64,000 bases of DNA, taken from Hyphochytrium catenoides (Eukaryota > Protista > Hyphochytriomycota). This document shows, one piece after another, positions 47,651 to 58,862 of this stretch; within the stretch, counting starts at the first letter, position 1; each line of letters begins with the position of its first letter. Below the pieces are notes generated by a model that did no database searches, was not told where the DNA came from, and saw only the letters and a list, made by a program, of their open reading frames with translations. The position numbers and the translations under genes are program-made. Location of the stretch: NCBI GenBank assembly GCA_900088475.1, contig FLMG01000016.1:1-64000 (forward strand), given 5' to 3'.

Positions 47651-50600
47651 CTATACGAACTCGTCCTCATCTTCGTCCCGTCCGCGTGCAGCTACAGCTT
47701 TAGGGGAAGTAGGGCGAGGCGAAAGTTGGGGAGAGCGCCGATGAGGAGGAATAATAATATCGATTTCCTCATCTTCTTCCTCTGCTATGACATGAACCGG
47801 ATCGTCGGAGGGCAAAAGCCCACCACTCTCCTCTTGTCCAGTCTCCAGCGACCTTGCGGAGTTCACGTCGTCTGAGCGTGCCCCGCCGACTATTAACTCG
47901 TTGTCATCCCCTAATTGAACGCCAAGGCATAGCAAAGGGAAACCGCACAAGAAGCAGGAACGATCAACGGACAACGTTAGGCTGAAGGAGGTACCCATGA
48001 CAGTTAGAAAAGATTCCCTACCTTCTTGGTCAGCCCCATCTACACGCTCCCACGAGTGTCGTTTCGTTCTCCAGATCACGGCCACTGCTATAAGCAGCAG
48101 GCACCCAGCGGCAATAGCAACAGAAGCCACCACTACATAAGCAGGAACACCCTCGTCCTCGTCCTTTCCCTTGTCAGCACCAGCAGCTACGTTGGTCTGT
48201 GCGCTCGCAGCTTCTCCTGCAATCACGGAAGGAGAAGGGGTTGTGAACGGTGCAGGAGACGGAATAGGGGAGGTTGGACTAGAGGGCGATGGGGTTGGAG
48301 CTGCGGCGGGCTCCTTGCCTGATGTGGGGGCGAGTGCATTTGTTGGTGTGGCGGTAGTTGCAGTAGGCACCGGCGATGTAGGAGTGAGTGGAGTGGTTGG
48401 TGCAGCACTGGGGACACCGTTGGCAGGTGTCGGACCAGAGGTCGTTAGGGGAATGGTGCTATTGGTGGTTGTGTTAGAAGTTGCTGCAGTTGTGTTTGCA
48501 ACTGTGGGCGTAGTCGTGGAAGATGTCGTAGTATTGGTATCAGAAGGGGCCCCTGTAGGGAGCACTGTTATCGCAATATCTTCAGCTGCAGACGTAACGT
48601 TGGTAGTGTTTGAGCCCGCAACAACCGTGGCATTTTCTACTGTCCCTGGCGGCTTCGTGGGCACTGCTGGCGGAGCCACCAGAGGAGGAGAAGGGGTGGT
48701 AGCATTAGCGTCAGGTGAGGTTGGGGTCATTACTTCTGTGGGACCGACGGTTTTTGCCGCAGTTACATTCGCCGTGTTGTTAGCAATAGGGACCATGGCC
48801 TTCCCGATGGTAGGGGCAGCCGTAGAAATAGTAGTTGGGCTGACAGTAGGAATGGCCGTCGATGGCTGACCATCTGTGTTGGAGGAGAGAACAGACGAGG
48901 CGCGAGGAAAGTGTGAGGCGCTGCAATGTTTGGCCTCTTTGGGGTTCAAGATGGCGGGAGTGCTCTCCTTTGACACGCCACATCATACGGGCCCACAACC
49001 GACAAAAGCCAACCCACCATCGCCCAAGAGTTAAACGGCAAACTCTCTAGAGTAAGGTAAAAGTGCAGGAAAATGCGACGCACAAGGGTAAAAGAATGAA
49101 CCTTACCCGGTGCAGTGCAGTCAGTCTTCATGAACGCAAGCCTTCTCCCTTCAACGTCAAAGATCACATTGTGATTCATCATCACGGAGGCACCAATCAC
49201 TGCCCAGAGAGAGAAGCTTAGCACCTCTAGTGCATCAACCAATGTGTTGGTCCCTTACCACCTCCCGAGCCTTCGGTGAAAAAGATCGTGGTGACGTAGG
49301 TGTCAGCTTTCTTCTTTGACTTCTCAAAGTACTGAGTTGCTGGAATAGACAATGTGACGGCCGACTTGGAGATACCTGGGGCAAGCCAAGACTTTAGGAC
49401 TATGGCATAAGGCCTTTCCTGTACTTCCCTCCTTCCTCCTTCCCCGTACTCGCTCATCTCACTCTTGACACAGCGGCCCTGAAGCGCTTCAGTGCTTAGA
49501 AATTTCTGTCGTGAGCAATTGCCGAAAGCGTCTGGCTCTCTTTGGCCTCGGTAAGAAACTAGATCGCATTGCGCTCAACTGTCTTTCTCGTAGCCAAGGC
49601 TGGCCTTATTCCTTGATTTCCCCGCCTCTTCCTTACCTTCAAAGACAAAGACGAGGTCCGGAAGCTTCTTGAAGGTTTCTTTGGGGATCACAATAGTGGC
49701 ATCTTCTTTGTTGGGATAGTCGAGGCCCGTAGCTTCCTTGAACTTCTTCAGGAAAGGGCCTGCCGCTCTACTGCTCAGGTAGGTGTCCGTGGTCCCGCTG
49801 TCCACTATGGTGCCCTTCCCTTGGTTCCAAACATACTCTGGTAGCCCTAAACCGCCATCTTGACCAATCTTGAAATCCAACATCTTCACGTTAAACCACC
49901 TGGAAGGCAAGTGGGAAGGGTAGAGGGCAGAACCGGAAGTGGCAAGAGCAAGAGGGGAAATAGCGATTAGATATTTTAGCTTCTCAAGGTCTTCTTCGTT
50001 TACTTGAGATACCCGCTCGAACTGGTTGGACCAATGCGGAGCCAATCAGGCTCTGAGGCGTTTCCGCGAGTGGGCTCGCCTATCGTCATGTACCCGCCTT
50101 TCGGTGCGAAGCACAAGCTAAACATCTCTCTATTAATCTTCTTCTGCTTTCTCATTGCGGAGATCAGGTTGTTTCCTTCAAACGCAAGGGATACCGGGCA
50201 AAGTCAGTGCTTGTCCACACAAGATAAACCGCATACTGTTTTACAGTCACAGCAGCTTAAGGGACGAGGGTAGCACCAGTTGGTAATCGAGTAAAAAGAA
50301 GATGAAAATCCAGAGATGATAAATAATATAGGTGGGCAGCTGACGGGACGGACGAGACGTCTTTCATAGAGCATGAAAGAAGAGGAAAGAGACAGCGAGA
50401 GCTCTGCGTTCAGACTAAACGAGGTACCTGTATTCGATAGCCCAATAATGCCATTCTCGACTTGAGTCACAAAGAGAGCTACAGAATGTTACGTCAATTC
50501 AGGCACAGACACAACGCCGACGTAAGAAGGAGGTAGGAGTGAGAGCAAACTAACGCACTTATGCGTGGCACACTGGGACACGTGGGCTAAGAGAGCCAGC

Positions 50601-51728
50601 ATTGCCGGTGAAGGACGCGCAAAAGTAGTTAACTTACCAGTCGTGAAGTATTGACAAGCGAACTCAAAGGGCACGCCCTCCAAGGAGGAGTTACCCGAGG
50701 GTCGCTTTGCATCACTGTCAAAAGTGACCAGGTCCCGAATCTTTACCCCTTTCCACTGACTCCCCTCAGAGTAGCTCTACAATCGCCATAGTGCAATTAG
50801 TATGCCAGCAGGATAAGTAACGAGTTGCAAATAGAGAGTTGCTTCGCAGTCTCTAAAGAGAATGAAGCAAGACAAAGCACGTTTAATGGTGACAGACCTG
50901 CACTATCGCGCATTTGTTCTCTAAGTGATAGTCCTGGCTGCAGCCTGCGGTGTAGGGCACATAGGAGGCGCTCGAGCTCTTGCTTGCGTCAAAATACTTA
51001 TCTGTGTGGTTACCACACACTTTCGTCTCACATCTGAATGCCATTTGGTCGGAAAGTCAGGCCGGAGGCATCATGGAAAGGAAATGTTAAAGCAAAGAAG
51101 AACTCGAATAGAGAAGATGAAGAGGTCTCAACCAAGAAAGAGAGCAGGAGCACCGCGCTGCAGAATATTCTTCCTCTAAGAAGACATACGTACTGTGCAC
51201 AAGGAAATGCGAGGATGTGACTGCCAGTATCCAGGATAACAGAGGCACGTTGTGGTGGGGTTCCCACTAGAACCTCAGCATAGTGAGTCCTAAAGTGCAT
51301 TGCGTCATGTGTCAAAGATCCTGCTCAAAATCAAGAACCACACAACAGTAATGTGACACCTACCCTTCGCCCACTGCTAAGGCGACTGTGTGCATATCAA
51401 TGTCTGCCAGTGAGCGGCGGAACCGTGCTCTTCTCTGTCTGACACGCTAGAGCCACGATTTTAGAATAGAATTTTTGAAAGAAAGTGCAAGAGAAGGTAA
51501 CCCATGAAAGAAGATCCTACAAGGAAAAAGCAAACATGTCCACCTTACTCGCATCAGTGTACTTGGGTCTCGTTGTAGAGCTATTCTGTTGCTCGAAGCG
51601 GTAAAGAGCTCTTGATCAGGAGCACTATTTCCAGAAAAGGGAGAGAGAACAACTTCTTCACTTCCGTAGGCCTGTCCTGCGCAAAACAGAGCCATCCCCA
51701 GCAGCGCAATATAACGACAAACGCCCAT
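47651..51728 (-). CDS. A1 aspartic protease, plasmepsin V/ASP5-like, with signal peptide, mucin-like stalk, TM helix and acidic cytosolic tail
   Basis: Signal MGVCRYIALLGMALFCAGQAYG; THYAEVLVGTPPQRASVILDTGSHILAFPC; SYSEGSQWKG; TIVDSGTTDTYL; VIGASVMMNHNVIFDVEGRRLAF; T/P/N-rich stalk; TM YVVVASVAIAAGCLLLIAVAVIW. Confidence 0.9.
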
Positions 51729-52748
51729 GATTCCGGTCTTCTTCAGAGTCGCAGGTAAACAGACAACCTTCAATACAATCAGTCCGCAAAGAGCTACTGC
51801 CCATACATCATCCAACCTAGCGATGAAGGAAGCTGCTAGGCTTTGTGCCCTTGATGTGGGGCCTGTGTGTGTGACCTCTAGGGTTAGGGGCGATACTCCA
51901 TATCTCACCCTGGTCTTCCAGCAACCGAACGGACCTTGCAGCAACGATGTGGGGGTGACCAACAGCCTAAGGAGAGACGTGTCTTTGCTCGCTCCAATTG
52001 CCAGCTCCACGACTTGCTGCTTGTCTCTTCTTATAGCTCGAGAATAGGCCCTGTCCCTGCGTTCTCACGGCTCCGTTGCTCTCATCAGAGCAAAGCCTCA
52101 GCAGCTGCCTCAGGGTTCACACAGAGGGGAAGTGGCATGATAGTGTCATTGGCAACTGAGGAGCGGCGATAATGGGAAAACGGCGCTGTGATGGCGAGCT
52201 CGTCTGAGATAAAACCATGAAACCCTGCGATGCGATGCTGTCTCTCTCTCCTCCACACTTCATAACATCTCACACTTAAAGCACCTCTTTGCCAGATGGC
52301 AAGATTACGGCTTCGGTGTGTTTTGTAATGGACCATACCTGTGATTTATTTGTCAAGAACGGTTGTTTAGTAGTAGACAGTTTAAGTCTGAGTATTGACA
52401 TTCTAAGATCTGATAATGTAAGAGGCGCTTTAAGGTGGGTGTTGTTTGATGTGTCATGTGATGCTCGTTTCTGATCTTGTACTATAAGAGATAAAGGGCA
52501 ACGGATTTGTCATGATAGCTGGAATATCTTGATCATTACGGATACCCATGGTATTGGTGGCTCCCACAAGAGTTTCAGAATCCATTGTAAGAAGGAATCA
52601 TTCCCACGATGATGAAGCTGAAGCTGTGAGAATCTTCATGAAAGCTTCACAACGGACTTCTTGAGCTCTGGAGGTACATAGTTCTAGGTGTTGGAGAGCT
52701 TTGCTAGCTCTTCTGAACAGCGATTATCCTGCCTCTTATACTCTTAGG

Positions 52749-53496
52749 AGTCCCGACATCCAGCTGCAGAGTAAGGCTACCTGAATAGGGGACAGTAGGC
52801 GAGGTAGGGAGGTAGAGCTCCATTGCACTCTGTTGTCAGAAGCTCGACAATACACCGGTGTCTTGGCAGGTCTCCAGCTCCTCAGCTGACAATATTACGA
52901 GGATGAGCGGAGTCCCAGCTATTATCTTCAAAGTTCGCAAGCTCCGTAAGGCTGTGGAGGAGGTCTTTGAAAGGATGTACGTATCCCGCTTTGGGTTGCT
53001 GCCTGCTACCTTTTCACAGGACACATATAACTCTTGTTCAACAGAGAAAAGATGGGTCCAGCCAACTACACTCCCAGTCAAGGCATGGGTAAGCTCTACT
53101 TTCCGGTCTCAAGATGCGGCCTTACTTTTCCACCTAATTTCTCGCCTTATTATAGAGGACCGGCAGCAGCTTAAGGATATGATGGAAGAGGTTATGCAGC
53201 AGGTAACTTAGCCTTAGCGCTCTGACTTCTGGCGCCAAGAGAGGTTGCTAAGCTTTAGCGTCAGATGGACCAGGCAGACGTGAATGATCTTACGAAGAAT
53301 CCTCTAGCCAAGAAGACAGACGCTGAAATAGAGGTGAGCCCGCACCATTATATAGTCCTCGGGATACATACGTCCAATAAGGGCCCTAACCGTGGCCCTG
53401 CAGAGCTTAAGCAAGGAGATCATAGAGCTGAAGAATGAGCGCTCAGCTATCCATCATCGCTGTGCAGCATCTGTGAAAGGAATGGTCTCTTTATAG
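52749..53496 (+). CDS. Hypothetical small multi-exon protein with a C-terminal coiled coil
   Basis: Regularly spaced GT-AG sites. The last three exons join in frame (DRQQLKDMMEEVMQQ|MDQADVNDLTKNPLAKKTDAEIE|SLSKEIIELKNER...VSL*); I could not phase the 5' exons. Confidence 0.4.
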
Positions 53497-53763
53497 CCTT
53501 CCTGCGACGACGCTCCTCCATAAATCGCCCCATTCCTCTCCTTCCACTTATTTATTCATGTTGCAAATCTCCGTCGTTCCCTTCTTTAGCATCGTCCAAA
53601 GGGTACTTAAGTTGAAGCGTCAAATGAAGTCGCTCTTGCAGCTTTACTAATATAGGAGATTGTAAAGAATCCAGAAACGCTCAGTCTGCAGAGGGACAAT
53701 CTCCGCTACATCTCCTTCCTTAACGCTGCTGCTATTGTCCTCTCCTTTTAAGTGTATATAGCC

Positions 53764-56700
53764 TTACTCACAGTGGCGATAGATGGCCACTGTGCGAGCT
53801 GGAATGTAGACCTAAAGCATAAAGGCATTAGTCAGCTTTTTGTGGAAGGGCATGAGGTTAGAGTCTAACGGTCTAGTAGAACCCGAGAGCGTGAGCAGGA
53901 GGCAAGAAGGATAAAGAAGTGAGCCGACAAAGAGTCCATCTGATATAAGAGTCAATCCGCATAGACAGTTAGGGCTAGAAGTCTAACCTGCATGCTATTC
54001 TTCCGGTTGCAGTGCGGCATATCGCGGGTAAAGTACTCAGCATTCGCATCAAGACGCTGGTGGCCACCAAACTCAGCCCTGTCGCTGTCGGTTAACAGCA
54101 TGTACTTCCCAGGCCTGTCAACGCCAATTGCATAGTCTGGGAAGCTCTGGTGGGAGTTGAAACTGAAGACAAAGACAAGACCTGCCTTCTCGAAAACGAT
54201 GACCTTGTCCTGCTCGTGCTTCAAAGATATGTACGCGTCCGTCGCCAGAAGTACGTTGTACTGCTTATCCATGCTATTCATTGCCCTGTCCCAGTTATTT
54301 AAATGTTGATAGCGCAGTAGTGGGTCGTCGACAAGGTTCCATTGTCTCCTGCAGTTGTGGAAGCTCCAGTTATTGCCCTGTCTTGGAAAGTCAATCCACT
54401 CAGGATGGCCGAACTCGTTGCCCATAAAATTAAGCCAAGCTTCTCCTCCGAGTGCATAGGTAAGGGTCCTAATCATCTTGTGCAAAGCAATACCACGGTC
54501 GACGATACCGTTCACAGGGTGAACCGTTGACATTCCGGTGTACATTTCCTTGTCCATCAGCCAGAAAGCAAGCGTCTTGTCTCCGACAAGAGCTTGGTCG
54601 TGGCTTTCTGCGTATGTGATCGTTCTCTCGGAGTAGCGGCGGTTAGTCAAAGTCCAGCAGATGGCTGACATATCCCATTGCTCATCGGTAGATTCCTTCA
54701 GCAGTTTGATCCACATGTCTGGGACAGCCATAGCAAGGCGGTAGTCAAACCCGACTCCTCCCTCCTTGACGGGTCGGCACAGTCCAGGCATGCCTGAGAC
54801 ATCCTCGGCGATGGTAATAGCAGGAGGGTTCATCGTGTGCAGCAGTTCATTAGCCAGCTGAAGGTAGACAATGGCATCATCATCCGTCATTGACCGGTCA
54901 GAAAAGTACTCTCCGTAGTCTCCGCTGAACCCAAACCCAATGCCGTGGTGCAAATAGAGCATCGAGGTCACGCCGTCGAACCTGTAGCCATCAAACCCAT
55001 ACTCGTCCACCCACCAACGGCAGTTGGAGAGTAGGAAACGTAATGTCTCGAAGTTGCCATAGTTAAAGATCCGAGAGTCCCATAGCTCATGCTTCCCTCT
55101 AGGTCCCGCGTGGAAATAATGCGCATCAGTGCCATCAAACATGTTGATGCCGTCCAGGACATTAGTGGAGGCGTGGCTGTGGACGATATCCATAATAACG
55201 AGCATCCCAAGCTCATGCGCCCTATCCACAAGGGCCTTCAGGTCATCAGGAGTGCCAGAGCGAGAGGACACAGCAAAGAAGTTCGTCACGTGATAACCAA
55301 AGCTGCCATAATAAGCGTGCTCCATGATGGCCATCAGCTGTACGCAGTTGTATCCTTGACGATGGATGCGAGGCAGAACGTCGTCCGCAAACTCCTTGTA
55401 GGTATGAACACGACCCTCGATGCCGGCCATCCCGACGTGGGCCTCGTAAATCCTCAGCGCTTCGTTATCAGGTAACTTCTTCCGTGCAGTTCTCCACTTG
55501 TACTTCTCATCTGGATCCCAGTGTACGGCGCAGTAGCTGAGGCTGTTTTCATTGACCTGTTGGACGGCATAAGGCGCCCAGCACGGGATGCGGTGCTCCA
55601 TCTTTCCATCTGGTCCAGTGACGGCGCACTTGATCCTGCTCCCGTGTTTGATCCTCTTCCCTCCTTCTGGAAGATCGCTGATGAAGCAATACCAGTCTCC
55701 AAACTCTGAGCGTTCCATGGGGTTGGCATTGGCGTCCCAATGATTGAAGTCTCCAATGAGAGCTAGTCGCTGTGCTGCAGGAGCCCACTCCCGGTAGTGG
55801 TAGCCGTGCTTTTCCCCATCATAGATGAGTCCATAGCGCTTGTAGCCCTTGGCAAACTCATGCAGCCCTCCGCCGTTCTTCGCAATGTTTTCCTACGGCA
55901 GGGAGAGAAACGGAACACTCAGTACCGCTAGAAGAGACGAAAAGAGACGACGCCCTTAGAAAGTAACTGGAAGCCAACCGCCGCAAAATGCTAGTGTCTA
56001 GGCAAGATCATGGACTCAAGGGGTTGAATAACGTCCGATAGGCCCTTCAGGCTCACCTTGACCTGCTTATACCGTGAATAACGGCCGCGCAGAGTGTTCT
56101 CATATGGCTCCAGCCACGGATCAACAGCAATTAGCGCCGTACCGTCAGTCGCATTTCTAAACCGGTGGGGCCCTGTCTGCCACACATCTTCAAATAGAAT
56201 CTGGAGAGAGGCAACGTCAGATTTGTCCTAGGCATGGATGACTAGCCTTCTTGGTTAGGCGAGAGGTAGCCAGCAATCTAAGGAACAGGGATAATCTGAG
56301 AATACAGGCACAGATCAAGATGAATGGCATCAAGGTATGGAAAAAGAAGGACGAGCAAACCATCACAATGACCTCGAAGTATAGGGCCAAGAAGTCAAGG
56401 AGAGATCACTGGTCAAGCGCAGCAGGGGCAGGTAAGCCGCTATATATACATGGACTTTGGCCAGTAGATGCTGAGTCAGGAGGTAACCCTCTCCAGCAGC
56501 CTTTCTCGCCATCTCTTATGTATCGCCATCTCAACTCACCTCGCCAATGTCTGAAGAGACGATTCTCTTATGGTTGTCTCCTTCATTCCAGATCTTCTCC
56601 TCTGGATTTTCTTCATTGATCATCACGTACTTGTACTCGAACGGCCAGTCACGAGGCAGGTGCACTGAGGTTTCGTAGACCTTCTGTCCATGCTCTTCAT

Positions 56701-56866
56701 GAGACTCTTTCAGCGGGATCCCGCTTTCAGCTTTCCATGACCCAAGCTCTGGGATGCTTCCTGCAATTCTTAGGGAAAAGTTATAAGGAACCGAGATTCT
56801 CACTCGGAACTTGCATTCGCTGAACTCTCTCGAGTGCATCCTGTCGTCAGCGTGAGCTGCCACCAT
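53764..56866 (-). CDS. GBE1: 1,4-alpha-glucan branching enzyme (GH13_8, eukaryotic GBE1/SBE type) with an N-terminal CBM20
   Basis: LRIYEAHVGM, MEHAYYGSFGYHVTNFFAVSSRSGTP, GFDGYRFDGVTSM, IAEDVSGMP, YAESHDQALVGDKT and NFMGNEFGHPEWIDFPR. N-terminal exon LRIAGSIPELGSW...FEYKYV...WNEGDNH is CBM20-like. The start may extend to an exon near 57100-57270. Confidence 0.95.
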
Positions 56867-57360
56867 TGTGGAGAGGAGAGAGCAGTGACCAGACGAGAGA
56901 GAGAGAAGGCAAGAAAGACGCGGTGCGGTTATTATAGTCTCAAAGATATCAGAGCCGATCTGGGAGGCGGTAAATTGAATATTGAAGAAATCCTTGATAT
57001 AGCGAAGAGAAGGGGCAGGGAGGACAATATGAAAGGGCGACCACTGGGAAATGACTGCAGGACCTCTTTTAACGCCTCGGCCCCTTCTGTCACTTACCTT
57101 GAACCCCTTCCCTGTCTTGATAATGGCTTTGTTCTCTTTCCCACAGGCAAGTGCTTGTGAAGATTGACGCTGCAGGATCTTGCTTTCTGCTGGGTGATGA
57201 GGCGAGGAGAGGGAACAGCTGTTGGTCTGCTTCCCGTTTCTGGAGGAAGATATCTTTCTTTCCTTGTCCGTTCAAGAGGTAGAGCGATCAATCGAGATAC
57301 TGTATGAGGATCTTAGGCAGACAGAATGAAACAGAGATGAAAGACGATGAGCTAAAGGTA

Positions 57361-57369
57361 AGAGAATGA

Positions 57370-57420
<51 letters not shown>

Positions 57421-57612
57421 TTGAGAGGGAGGAAGAGAGAAAGAGAGAAGTAGCAGACTCACCGTGATCAGATAGCTGAACTGAGAGGGAGACAGAGGGA
57501 GGAAAAGGGAAACAGAGTGTAAGAGTAGAGAGAGAGAGGAAGAGAGAACCCCGAAAGAGAGAGAGAGAGAGAAAGAGAAGGGAAGAGCGAGAGGAAGAAG
57601 GGTGAGAGAGAG
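57361..57612. repeat. (GA)n microsatellite upstream of the branching-enzyme gene
   Basis: Long gagagagaga tract seen directly. Confidence 0.9.
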
Positions 57613-58862
57613 GAAACAATTGACATGAGATCCTGAGCTTTCTTGTTCTTCTCTCTCTCTCGTGCGCCATGGCTTCGCATCACCCAATGGACCCCTCCCA
57701 CCCAAAGGTGTGTCAGCCGGGCTAAGTATACCAAGTCAAATATTTATCTAAGTATTATAACAGATAGTAAAATTCCTCTTTTCTCTTTTTTCTCATTCAC
57801 AAGTCCGCTTAGAAAACTTACTCTCCCTTCACGTTTCCTGGGGTGGTCCCAAGATGGTCTTCTTGATTCTTTGCTCCAGGAATCCTGATCCATCACGACT
57901 TCTGTCACGTAGCATTGGGTGAGCATTGCCCATAGATAAGACCGGGGTAATCAAACTCACGAAACCTTTTGAGGATGGTAGGGATGATCTCTTTGGCCAT
58001 TCTTAACTATAATAGTACCCCCACCCCCAACATATTCTGCAAAGGAAGGCGGGTGGGCGATCAGAATCCTTTATTCAGCGGAAGGTTACGACGGAGAAGG
58101 CAAGGGCTGGTCATCAACTCAAACCCGCAAGAGCAGCAAGCGTGTCGCTTCGTCTGTGTGATCTGTTTGCTTGTCTTTCTTGGTGCCGTGTGCCGCCGCG
58201 TCATTCCAATGTGAGTAGGTTCGGGTGTCGCTGCTGGCGCGGCAGAGAACGTGGCCAGTGGGACGACCAGCGTGAGTGGCACCGGATAGGAAAGAAGGAA
58301 GAGCCATCCCAGCCATAGAAGCGAGATAAAAGGCACCTATGACAGCTCACCCTCTCCATTTGATAAGCAACCTAAAGGGCTATTCACTTCACTCTACGAC
58401 CGCTAACATGGAGACCAGATGAAGCCGCAGCTGCCTGACAGAGTACCTGACCCAGTAGTTCCCAGTAGTCAGAAAAGTTTAGGAAAAGAATATAAGTAGA
58501 ACTGCAGTTGTAAACTTTGGTTTTGATTCGACCATTAAGAAGAAGGGTTTGCCCGTTGCTTCTTCCGTTGAAGATGAAATGTTTGGAGTGCACAACATGG
58601 CGTATATGAACATCCTTTAGAGCTCCAGGCTCACTTTAGGTTCTGAGTCTGCTCAGTCCCTTGACGTCCTTGATGTTCCCAGCCCAAGACTGGCTTTCGT
58701 CGAGAGGTGAAAGCAGGTGCGTACTTCGACAATAAGTGCTTGATCTTTAGGCAGGACGGACTCAGAAACGACAATGACAATAAGCCTTAACGTAGAACTC
58801 ATCCGAGCTCGCTGAGTTCTAGGATAATAAGTTGTTGTGGCGCTTGCTATGGCACATTTTCG

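Noticed and set aside
48171-48869. 232-aa Val/Gly/Ala-rich ORF on the + strand
   Set aside because: Antisense shadow of the protease mucin stalk.
58061-58336. Short signal-peptide-like ORF on the - strand
   Set aside because: Non-ATG start, no recognisable domain, and no consistent spliced continuation.
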